A stretch of 41,089 nt of DNA from a virus. Taxonomy: Duplodnaviria; Heunggongvirae; Uroviricota; Caudoviricetes. Location of the stretch: the IMG/VR virus record IMGVR_UViG_2563366819_000008. One strand, 5' to 3'. The position numbers and the translations under genes were made by a program. The notes below the pieces were generated by a model. It had not been told where the DNA came from. It saw only the letters and a program-made list of their open reading frames with translations, and ran no database searches. How positions within the stretch are numbered: position 1 is the first letter of the stretch; every line of letters begins with the position of its first letter. Of this stretch, positions 8,773-17,374 are shown one piece after another.

Positions 8773-8934
8773 ATGAAAAAAGCATTTGCTGCACTGTTCG
8801 TTTTGTTGTCTCTGGTAGCTTCAACTCAGGCCTTTGCCGGTCGTTGTCAGCACGACAGCGATACTGCCGCTGACGGCTCCCGCTGCGGTGGGCGTTCTGC
8901 GGATTCCCGCCCGGGTGGCGGTGGCATTCGTTAA
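8773..8934 (+). CDS. Small secreted peptide (53 aa, about 31-aa mature part with 2 Cys)
   Basis: Start at internal MKKAFAALFVLLSLVASTQAFA signal peptide; Gly/Arg-rich C-terminus. Confidence 0.35.
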   Translation: MKKAFAALFVLLSLVASTQAFAGRCQHDSDTAADGSRCGGRSADSRPGGGGIR

Positions 8935-8940
8935 AAACAA

Positions 8941-8956
8941 GGCCGCGAAAGCGGCC
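8941..8956 (-). terminator. GNRA-type hairpin GGCCGC-GAAA-GCGGCC, with U-run on the minus strand
   Basis: On the minus strand it follows the lipoprotein stop and the 12-bp palindrome and is followed by TTGTTTTT. Confidence 0.5.
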
Positions 8957-8957
8957 T

Positions 8958-8969
8958 GTGACATGTCAC
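8958..8969. repeat. 12-bp perfect palindrome GTGACATGTCAC (copy 1 of 3)
   Basis: Contains the TGA stop of the 8966..9346 lipoprotein gene; adjacent to terminator hairpin. Confidence 0.8.
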
Positions 8970-9346
8970 GCAACGCAATTATTACCGCGCCATGTAACAT
9001 TTTTAATAATCTTATCAGCACCAAACTCAACGTAAACAGAGCAACTGAAATGGAGTGTATAACCGCCATCAGTTGTTGCGTATGTGTTTGAATATATAGT
9101 ATTACCAATTAGATTAGACGTAGTATTATACGTTGTGGTTTGTGGTACGTTATAACTACCAGAGCTTGAGTAAACATACACTCTGTTTCCATCTGGAGAT
9201 GTAAGCTCTCCCTGAGGATACCCCCACTGCTGAACCATTGCGTCTATACTCTGCCCGCGCCACGTAAGCATATTTCTTTCAAACTGTGCAGCTGACTGGC
9301 ATCCAACGAGAAGCATAAATCCAAAAATCAAAAATACTTTTCTCAT
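8966..9346 (-). CDS. Lipoprotein of unknown function (cargo gene; superinfection-exclusion candidate)
   Basis: Start at MRKVFLIFGFMLLVGC with lipobox; RBS agggg; Thr/Ser/Asn/Tyr-rich mature domain. Confidence 0.55.
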   Translation of the reverse strand: MRKVFLIFGFMLLVGCQSAAQFERNMLTWRGQSIDAMVQQWGYPQGELTSPDGNRVYVYSSSGSYNVPQTTTYNTTSNLIGNTIYSNTYATTDGGYTLHFSCSVYVEFGADKIIKNVTWRGNNCVA

Positions 9347-9431
9347 AATTACCCCTATCATGGAAAAACAGCACCAATCCACAAATTAACTAGTTATTTT
9401 ATTATTCTTCCGAACAATACAATTCCGAATA

Positions 9432-9557
9432 CTACAAAGCCGAACCATGCCGCTGCACGCAACAGAGATTCCAATTGAAACCCATTTTTATCAAAATGTA
9501 TGAATAGCATAAAAACGCTGCACATATTAGTACAATAAAAGTTATTTGAACCATCAT
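9432..9557 (-). CDS. Possible 41-aa hydrophobic membrane peptide
   Basis: ATGATG preceded by RBS ggaga; hand translation MMVQITFIVLICAAFLCYSYILIK...; competes with the 62-aa track ORF 9394..9582 in another frame. Confidence 0.3.
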   Translation of the reverse strand: MMVQITFIVLICAAFLCYSYILIKMGFNWNLCCVQRHGSAL

Positions 9558-9565
9558 ATCTCCTT

Positions 9566-12040
9566 TTATTGCGGAGTGACATCCTGTGGTCGCCACCAGT
9601 ATGTCTGGTTAAACTCTTTCTTCGAACGTTGCTCCATTTTACGCAAATAGCCTGGTGAAAAATACTCCTGCATCTGGTTAAAGATCATGTGATCGAGAGC
9701 CGCCTTCAAGTACCAGAGATTCGCACCAGGCATCAAACCTTTCCCCAGCTTCACCAGATCACCACCAGTCTGCTCACTCTTCCCTTCCACAGCATTTAAC
9801 GGTATGCCCTGAGCAATCTTCACTACGTCATCAACCAGACCAGCTACCGGGCCAAGCATCGACGCCAGCGCGCCGCTTCCGTACCTAGTGTGATCTGACA
9901 ATAAAAAGTCACCGTAAAGGCCAAGACCACCACCTTTCAGTAGAGCACCAAGCCAGAATTTTGCGGCATCTTCTCCTGTCATCTCTCGAGGATTACGACC
10001 AGACGCAAGGTCGTTAAGTTGCTGCGACAAAGCGCCAAGAATGGTCGTACTGGCAATAAACGTCGCAATATATGCCGCACGCCCACCAGCAGACGGCATA
10101 CCCATAGCGCGTGACCAGTGACGCATAACAACCGAGATAGGGAACGATTTAAACAGGAAAACACTTCTCGTTAATTCACCTTTCCATGTTCCACGCTGAA
10201 TACCAGAACCGGTTATCAGTTGCTCACGTGCTCCCGGTGTAATAACAGCCATATCAACTTCTTCAGTTACGGCACCGAGCAGTTTACGCATTGCCTCAAA
10301 TTTCACGCGTTCAGGCTCACCAAGATGTTTAACTGCTGAATCAGGGATACGCATAATGCTTTCCGGTGTCAGCATCGTATTATTACCGTTCCCCCAGTCC
10401 TCCTGTTTCGCCAGCTTCCATACGCTCCAGTCTGTGTCAGTAATCCCTTTGCTTTTCAGGATACGAAAATCAGAGTCATCGAGGCTACGAAGGTCTGGTG
10501 TCCGTGACACTACTTCTCCCAGGCTTCCCATCATGGTTACGCCATAGGCGCGCTTGTGCGCATCTGACCATGCTGTAAGCCCACTGGCACGCATTACCGC
10601 CGTTGCCGCCCAACGAGACACTGACGGCCCCATATTATCCATCGCCCAGCGGTTAACGCTGCCAAGTAGAGATTCCATCGCCAGACCAGCGCGGCGCGCC
10701 CGCGCAAGTTCTGTACGGTTCGTTGGGTCCATAGCTTCAAGCTGGTTGCGGAATAACTGGTTCATTGGAAGGTTGGTAACCTTCGCAGACAGATACATGG
10801 TTCCAAGATCAGAGAACGATGACAGCAACGCGGATCCGAGTCTGCTGGCAACCAGCCAGTTGCGGATATTGTCAGACCATCGCGCGATGTGCGGATTCGC
10901 TACAGGCTGTGTCTTTCCGGAAATAAAGTTGTACAGATTCTCTGTGTTGTTCGCCAGCCGCTCGACTTTACCGGTTTTACTCGGGTTAGCTGTTGCCGTT
11001 TCTGCCTTCACCTGATCAAGAAGAGAGCGGAAAACATGATCGGGGTTTGGGCCATATGTTTCCACCAGTGCAATATCTTTACTGATACCTTCCAGGTGAC
11101 AGACCATGATTTCCCATAGAGAGCGATCGCCATAAAGTTGCTGATATTGCAGATAGGAATCTGCATCTTTGAAATGTATCTGTCGTGATGCATTACCACG
11201 GTTAGCACGTGCGCCGGAAATTCGCATTCCGGTATCAGTAAGCTTATTCAGCCCACCAGTAGCGATCGTGTTATAAGCCTCTCCAAGAAATGAAGACAAC
11301 TCGGCATCGTTCATCAGTTGTCCATCGGCTCGGATATAATATTTGCGATCCAGCTTACCTATAACATCGCTAACCCACTTATCCTTTGATACTGCCCCAA
11401 CCTTTTCCATAGAATGATGTTGAGGGATCCCCCAGTTTTCGAGATAGCCAATGTCCCCACCAGCATCATTAAACCGGCGGCGCAGCAGCTCTGTAACTTC
11501 TCTCCACGCCTTAGCACCGTTTCTTGCTTTAGCATTGCCAGTATTTTGCCCCCGCATTTCATATACCAGGTCACGTACGCCCGCTTCATCTTCAAACAGA
11601 CCAAAAAAGCGAGGATCAACTGCTTCGAATGCCTCCTGCAATTGACTCAATGCATAATCACGGGTGGCTTTTGTTCTGGATTCAACAGAGAGGAAATTAG
11701 ATTTACCGTCTGCATTAAAAGCTATAGTACGGTTAAGAGCGCCAAGTTTCCCATCAGCCCCTTGATAGCTATTGATAAATTTATCCAATCTCTGACGCGC
11801 GGCTATAGTGAGAGCCACACGACGTTTATTTAATGCCGCTTCTCGCTGTAATTCTTCAGATGCCAATTGTGCTGCTCGATATAGCCGCTCTGATTCGGAA
11901 AGTTGTCGCCACGACATAGTGTCATCACGAGCAATGGAGCGCATATTTCGATAAATGCGGTCTTCAATGTTCTGTATTTCTCGCGCCGTTAACATGCGCT
12001 GCGCCGCCTGCTGAACCGCTTGTATACATTCCTGTCTCAT
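9566..12040 (-). CDS. Internal virion (core/ejection) protein, 824 aa
   Basis: One of four consecutive structural ORFs between tail tubular genes and the accessory island, as in podoviruses; no motif recognised. Confidence 0.5.
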   Translation of the reverse strand: MRQECIQAVQQAAQRMLTAREIQNIEDRIYRNMRSIARDDTMSWRQLSESERLYRAAQLASEELQREAALNKRRVALTIAARQRLDKFINSYQGADGKLGALNRTIAFNADGKSNFLSVESRTKATRDYALSQLQEAFEAVDPRFFGLFEDEAGVRDLVYEMRGQNTGNAKARNGAKAWREVTELLRRRFNDAGGDIGYLENWGIPQHHSMEKVGAVSKDKWVSDVIGKLDRKYYIRADGQLMNDAELSSFLGEAYNTIATGGLNKLTDTGMRISGARANRGNASRQIHFKDADSYLQYQQLYGDRSLWEIMVCHLEGISKDIALVETYGPNPDHVFRSLLDQVKAETATANPSKTGKVERLANNTENLYNFISGKTQPVANPHIARWSDNIRNWLVASRLGSALLSSFSDLGTMYLSAKVTNLPMNQLFRNQLEAMDPTNRTELARARRAGLAMESLLGSVNRWAMDNMGPSVSRWAATAVMRASGLTAWSDAHKRAYGVTMMGSLGEVVSRTPDLRSLDDSDFRILKSKGITDTDWSVWKLAKQEDWGNGNNTMLTPESIMRIPDSAVKHLGEPERVKFEAMRKLLGAVTEEVDMAVITPGAREQLITGSGIQRGTWKGELTRSVFLFKSFPISVVMRHWSRAMGMPSAGGRAAYIATFIASTTILGALSQQLNDLASGRNPREMTGEDAAKFWLGALLKGGGLGLYGDFLLSDHTRYGSGALASMLGPVAGLVDDVVKIAQGIPLNAVEGKSEQTGGDLVKLGKGLMPGANLWYLKAALDHMIFNQMQEYFSPGYLRKMEQRSKKEFNQTYWWRPQDVTPQ

Positions 12041-12045
12041 TTAAT

Positions 12046-13848
12046 TTAACCTCTCAAGAAACACGCCACAGCGACATCAAACAGGCTGGAATCCTGTATT
12101 GCCTGCTCACTTTCCCTGTTCGCTTCATCCAGTGCTTCACGCGCACTGCGCGATTGTGGATTACCATCATCATCCAGCACGGTGATTATCATGTCAGGTG
12201 ATTCAAGCAGCGAGTCTTCAGCTATGCGCAAATCAATATCTCCTGCCTGATCTGACATCATTTTTTGTTCTGCCTGTTGCAATATTTTATCAGGCTCAAA
12301 AGGAGCTACTTCGTCTGGCGTCCTGACCTCTGCTGTTTTATAGAATGAAACAGCCTGAGCATTAAGTTCACTTTCTGCCTGCTGTCTCCGAGCCAGTTCT
12401 GCTCGAGCTTCAAAAAACTGACCGCCAGGCTCATGCGGTGCCAACGCGTTACGAGAAAATTCCAGGCGTTCTTGTGCCTGCCGGATTCGTTGGTCAATAT
12501 CGCGAAGTCTGGCCTGTTTATCTGATCGAGCACGAGATAAAGCCTTACCGCTACCGGCTGGATCTTCTGCAAGAATTTGTGCGCGCTGTTCAGTGAGATT
12601 TTCAATAATTCGTTGGCTATTAGCGATTTCAGACTGGTAAACCTGTCTATCGCCACGCGGCAAAAGCTGCGCGGCCTGTTCTTCAAGCAACCGATTTTCT
12701 ATAGCGCGCGCCGTTACTCCATCATCTACAGATGACAGAGCCTCATTAACTGCCTGAGACAGCAGACTCTTGCGTCCAGGAATTTCACTGAAAGATGCAG
12801 ACTCAACAATGCTGGCAACGTCTACAGGTCTCCCCTGGCTAACATCAGACATGGCTTTTCGCAGAGCCTGAATGTGCGAATTACGCGAAAGCACGTTGAT
12901 CGGCACGCCGGGAGCAATATCAATTTCAGCATGATGAGCGGCATTCGCCGCCAGTGCAGCATCGATATCAACTGGTGAAAAATTTGGTGCGCTTGTAGAC
13001 TCGCCGCGAGAGTTAATAAATCTGCCGACACCACCAAACGCCACCCCAAGAACAGCATCAATAGCAATTGCCTGTCGATCCAACACATCATACTGGTTAG
13101 CCATTTCGCTATAGCCACCATCACGAAGCGTTTTTGCAGTAAGCCCACGCTGTGCCATACCGAACGCAATATTTGTACCTGCGGCATAGGCAATATCTGG
13201 CGTTGCACGTACTGCTGTTGCTGCGGCGCGTCGCACTGAACTTTCACCCGTCCGCGCAAGCTGAGCCGCCACACCTTCCGCCAGCGCACCACCAGCACGT
13301 AACCCGAGGCTCATAGGGATCAGTGTTCCGGCACCAGCAGTAATACCCTGCACTAATCCCGCTTCCTGCGCCGTCCTGAAATCAACACCCTGTGCTGTAA
13401 GCCGTTCAAACTCAGAAAAACCCTGTAGAGAAGTTACCGCCGCAGCACCTCCGACCGGACCACCGAGCGTTGTACCGACAACAGCCTGCCCGCCCATATC
13501 GAACAACCCATAAAGGACCTGCCCGGCGGTTCCGGTTGTCGCGGCATCAGGCGTCAGCCGCTTAACCTGCTGCTCTGCTAGTTTTCTCTGCTCAGCAATG
13601 TATGAAACTGAAGTGTCATTGATCGAGGTGTTTTCGTTAACAAACTGAGCAATCGGGGATACGATTTTATCCATCCCTGCCCATAGCAACTGATCTGGCT
13701 TTGCCACCAGCCCGGAGTACAAACCAGACAATGCCGCTCCTACAGCATTGTCGAAAAAACCAACATCGCTGTTAAAGCCAGCTGGATTTGATGCTGCTTC
13801 GTCAAGCTGCTGATTCTGGTTTACTGGATTAAGGCCAAAGTAACTCAT
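12046..13848 (-). CDS. Internal virion protein, 600 aa, Ala/Gly-rich
   Basis: Position in virion operon; low-complexity Gly/Ala segments. Confidence 0.45.
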   Translation of the reverse strand: MSYFGLNPVNQNQQLDEAASNPAGFNSDVGFFDNAVGAALSGLYSGLVAKPDQLLWAGMDKIVSPIAQFVNENTSINDTSVSYIAEQRKLAEQQVKRLTPDAATTGTAGQVLYGLFDMGGQAVVGTTLGGPVGGAAAVTSLQGFSEFERLTAQGVDFRTAQEAGLVQGITAGAGTLIPMSLGLRAGGALAEGVAAQLARTGESSVRRAAATAVRATPDIAYAAGTNIAFGMAQRGLTAKTLRDGGYSEMANQYDVLDRQAIAIDAVLGVAFGGVGRFINSRGESTSAPNFSPVDIDAALAANAAHHAEIDIAPGVPINVLSRNSHIQALRKAMSDVSQGRPVDVASIVESASFSEIPGRKSLLSQAVNEALSSVDDGVTARAIENRLLEEQAAQLLPRGDRQVYQSEIANSQRIIENLTEQRAQILAEDPAGSGKALSRARSDKQARLRDIDQRIRQAQERLEFSRNALAPHEPGGQFFEARAELARRQQAESELNAQAVSFYKTAEVRTPDEVAPFEPDKILQQAEQKMMSDQAGDIDLRIAEDSLLESPDMIITVLDDDGNPQSRSAREALDEANRESEQAIQDSSLFDVAVACFLRG

Positions 13849-16358
13849 TGCGGAATATCTCCGGAGAATCTCTGACGCTTCTGTGTCAGATTAAGAACAA
13901 CGGGAGAACCATCATCTTTCAGCAGATAACCAGTACCAAGTTTCACCAGGTACTGACTATCGCCGTAACTTTGCAAACCATACTGACCAGGCGGTGTTTT
14001 TATCCCGGAGCCGACAACTTGTTCATTCCAAGCCTGATTAACCTGCTTATCGAATTGCTCTGCAGACATTCCCCACGGCAAAAGGACATTCCCCATTCCG
14101 TTATAGTCATGCACGCCACCTGTAGCTACGTTAACAGCCTGTTTCCAGACATCATTGTCAATTTCGCCTGATACCACGCCTTTTTTCGCCATCACACCAG
14201 CGTAATAATCCTTTGCGATCTCGTATGCCATTGATGCGCCCTGAGCGTCACCAGCAAATGCATCCTTCACCATGTCAGAAAACTCAAGGCGAAGATCAGC
14301 ATCTTTAGGCATCGGAATACCTTTCGCATCATCAGTACCTTTACGAGCCGCCGCGCCAGCAAGAATTGTCTGCGCAGCGGTTTCAGGAGACACGGAAACA
14401 TCCGGATTAAACCAGTTTTTTTCTGCCAAAATACCACCAGGCTTATCCATCAGTATCCCGGCAACGGCAGCAGATGGAGCGTTGGCACTGATCTGCTGTA
14501 GTGCTGACATATACACCTGCCCACCACCAGTGCTCTGCCTGATGGTATCGAGATATGCTGCCTGTTGGGAAACTGGAGCATCACGAAAGAAAACACCGAT
14601 CTGATTGGCCTCGTCTTTGGAAAAGAACGTCAGTAGAGTGCCATATGACTTAGCAAGGTCACTGACCTGAGCGGCACGCAAGGCAACGCTCTGTCCAAAG
14701 TTATCCTTATTGCTCATGTCGATAGGCTTTGCCTGTCCGGAGGCAAGAGAGAACTGCACAGGATCCGACTGCCGCTGCTTTATCACCTGATTTGCAGCCG
14801 AAACAACGTTGTCATAAAGAGTTGCGCGTGCCGCATACCCCTCCCCTGTATCACCAGTATCCGGGCGTAATTGCTCAACATATGCTGTAATGCTGCTTGT
14901 CGGCATGTTGCGGAAAGAGCCTATATACTGTCCGGCGATCTGCGTATTCTTAAACTCGGTATATCGCAGGTTTCCTTCTCTGACTCCATAAGCTGCAATA
15001 AAATCATCCTCACCAGGTGGGTTAGGAAATTCAATGCCACGCATATACGCAGCCGTCGCATCGCGAACCCGGCTGTCGAGCATCGTTTTATATTCAGCCT
15101 GCTGTTGTCTGGCTAGTGCATCAGTCTGTCGCAACACGCTGGCCTGATCTGATTCACTTAAAGCATCGAACCAGGCTACACCGGTATAACGTTTATTTTT
15201 TGTCGGTAGCTGAGAAAGCCCCAGCGCAGCACTAACACCTGCAGTTAACTGCTGATCACTGTATGGCTGGCTACCGTTTTCATGATGGATAATGGCTGCA
15301 CAAAGCGCCTTCAGGGTATCAGGATTTGATGCATCGAGAGGCTCATCAGCAGAAACGCCAAGTTGTTCGCACACTGCTTTGATATACGACATAGTGTCAT
15401 TTTTATCAGTAGGCGGTGCCCAGCGATTAATTATCTCGCTGACGGTATCAATACCCTGCCGCTGATACGACATCAGGTTCCGCCCTAATGCACGAATACC
15501 GTGTTCAGGGGTTTCGAATTTGGCAAAGCGACCATCATCACCAGTCTGCCCAACCCACGGATTAGTTTTGCTGTATTCAAGATTGCCGGGGTTATTGTTG
15601 CGTATACCGCGGGTACGATCGGAAGAGCCACTATCTGCTACAGCACGGCGAGAACCAGCAGCAGTATCGCTTAACTCTCCGTTTTGCTGTCTTACCTGAA
15701 GATAGTTTGCTCCAATAGCATTTTGAGCAGTTGCTTTTGCTGTTGCTTCTTTAAACTCGATTTTCTTGGCCTGGATTTGCTCGTCACTCCAGCCATGTGC
15801 AATGCCGTAATCCTCAATTTGCTGGAAAGTTTGCTTATTAGCCAATACGTATGCGGCGTTGTCGCCATACAATGCTGCGGCATTTTTACCATTGTTCAGC
15901 AGCGTAGCCTGAAACTGGCCTTCTTCGTAGGCATTTATTTGCCCTATCTCGTGCCGCCCGGCCTGCGTAGTGAACTGAATGCGCTGCTGCTGCGCCTGCT
16001 GCATGAAAGCATTACGAGCCTGTTCATCCGGCAGCGACATAGCCAGTTGTTCGACCTGAGCATCAAACTGCTGCGTATACTCCTGACCTTTTCCAATAGC
16101 ATTTTTCCCTTTCAGGTTAAGCAAACCTGTTTCAGGGTTATTCAGCAGATCGCTGCTTATCTGGCTTAAGCTAAGAGAAGCATCCTGAGCCATAGCAACA
16201 TTCGCACGCTGTTTTGCCTGCGCAATAATACCTGCATATTGCTCTGCAACATCGCCAAGTACATCACCGACATTTGGTGTCTGAAACGATGAGAATCCCT
16301 GCGTCGAAATCCCTCTGCTCTGAACCTGACGGCCCGATGTTGTTGGTACAACTGGCAT
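13845..16358 (-). CDS. Internal virion protein, 837 aa, possible cell-wall-active domain
   Basis: Position; conserved-looking block IRNNNPGNLEY...GIRALGRNL; enzymatic assignment is speculative. Confidence 0.45.
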   Translation of the reverse strand: MPVVPTTSGRQVQSRGISTQGFSSFQTPNVGDVLGDVAEQYAGIIAQAKQRANVAMAQDASLSLSQISSDLLNNPETGLLNLKGKNAIGKGQEYTQQFDAQVEQLAMSLPDEQARNAFMQQAQQQRIQFTTQAGRHEIGQINAYEEGQFQATLLNNGKNAAALYGDNAAYVLANKQTFQQIEDYGIAHGWSDEQIQAKKIEFKEATAKATAQNAIGANYLQVRQQNGELSDTAAGSRRAVADSGSSDRTRGIRNNNPGNLEYSKTNPWVGQTGDDGRFAKFETPEHGIRALGRNLMSYQRQGIDTVSEIINRWAPPTDKNDTMSYIKAVCEQLGVSADEPLDASNPDTLKALCAAIIHHENGSQPYSDQQLTAGVSAALGLSQLPTKNKRYTGVAWFDALSESDQASVLRQTDALARQQQAEYKTMLDSRVRDATAAYMRGIEFPNPPGEDDFIAAYGVREGNLRYTEFKNTQIAGQYIGSFRNMPTSSITAYVEQLRPDTGDTGEGYAARATLYDNVVSAANQVIKQRQSDPVQFSLASGQAKPIDMSNKDNFGQSVALRAAQVSDLAKSYGTLLTFFSKDEANQIGVFFRDAPVSQQAAYLDTIRQSTGGGQVYMSALQQISANAPSAAVAGILMDKPGGILAEKNWFNPDVSVSPETAAQTILAGAAARKGTDDAKGIPMPKDADLRLEFSDMVKDAFAGDAQGASMAYEIAKDYYAGVMAKKGVVSGEIDNDVWKQAVNVATGGVHDYNGMGNVLLPWGMSAEQFDKQVNQAWNEQVVGSGIKTPPGQYGLQSYGDSQYLVKLGTGYLLKDDGSPVVLNLTQKRQRFSGDIPQ

Positions 16359-16370
16359 CTTATTATCCCC

Positions 16371-16910
16371 TTATCGACCGGTTGGAGTGCCAACAGCAGC
16401 AGAAATCGGCGCAGCCTTCTGAGAGAACGGGCTCCACGTTCCGCCGCCCATCTGGTATGCACCGTATGCTTTTAGTGGTGCCGTTAACAAAGTGCTGGTC
16501 ATCGATGATTTAGCAGCCGACTGAGCAGCAGCCCCCTGTGCCTGAGCATTCATTCCCTGAACCTGATACCCATATGCCTCACGCTGAGCATTATTCACTG
16601 TCGTTAACGCATCAAGAGTGCCGAACTGAGCATTATCCGCAAAAACGTCAAGAGCTGTTCCGCTACTTAATTCCGCACCGGTAGCCCCCATAGTGGCCGC
16701 CGCAGTGCCTGAGCGTTGACGCATTTCACGACGACGCTGATCCGCTTCAATATTCCCACGATTGATTGAATCCTGTGCCTGAGCTTCAGCAATTTCAGCA
16801 TTCCGATCAGCTATGGCTGACTGGTATTTTGCCTGCTTGCTCTGGCTGTACATTGACGCGGCTGTGGATGCCACTGTGACGGCAACCAAAGCGATGGCTG
16901 GGTTACACAT
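16371..16910 (-). CDS. Small internal virion protein with N-terminal hydrophobic segment
   Basis: Position; Ala/Gln-rich. Confidence 0.4.
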   Translation of the reverse strand: MCNPAIALVAVTVASTAASMYSQSKQAKYQSAIADRNAEIAEAQAQDSINRGNIEADQRRREMRQRSGTAAATMGATGAELSSGTALDVFADNAQFGTLDALTTVNNAQREAYGYQVQGMNAQAQGAAAQSAAKSSMTSTLLTAPLKAYGAYQMGGGTWSPFSQKAAPISAAVGTPTGR

Positions 16911-17374
16911 TATTTTCTCTCCATGTGAAATCTGTGGAAATTAAGACCAAGAGCACCATAAGGCGCGGCTTCTTCAAGCCTGAATCCAAGCCAGTGCAGC
17001 CATGCTTTGGCAACATGGTTTCGCTCGTCGACGTAGTTTTCCAGGCGCGGATAAACTGCCAGCATCTGCTGCAATACAGGGCGGCAGTGGCGAAGAAATG
17101 TCTTCTGATATTTTTCAATACGGCTGGTTCCTACCAGCCAGGGAGTACCATTGCCACCGATCATTGACGCCGGAGATACGCCAAACATGGTTACCAGTTC
17201 TCCGTTCGCAAATCCTGACCAGGCCATAGTCGCAGTGCGAAGACCAACACGCAGCGCATCTTCGGTAGTCATCAGTGATACCGCATACAGTTCGTCAATA
17301 TCAGCCTGACGAACATCCGGCAAAATCATCTGAAGATGCTCTTCGGTTGCGGGAATAATTTGAACATCGATCAT
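16910..17374 (-). CDS. Hypothetical virion-module protein (154 aa)
   Basis: Tightly coupled (ATGA overlap region) with neighbours in the late operon. Confidence 0.4.
   Translation of the reverse strand: MIDVQIIPATEEHLQMILPDVRQADIDELYAVSLMTTEDALRVGLRTATMAWSGFANGELVTMFGVSPASMIGGNGTPWLVGTSRIEKYQKTFLRHCRPVLQQMLAVYPRLENYVDERNHVAKAWLHWLGFRLEEAAPYGALGLNFHRFHMERK

Noticed and set aside
8957-8970. CRP-like appearance of TGTGACATGTCACG
   Set aside because: Half-sites are separated by 4 bp instead of the 6 bp of a CRP site; treated as a distinct palindrome.
9394-9582. 62-aa track ORF
   Set aside because: Overlaps the stop of the upstream virion gene and lacks an RBS; the alternative 41-aa frame with ggaga RBS is more plausible, though itself uncertain.
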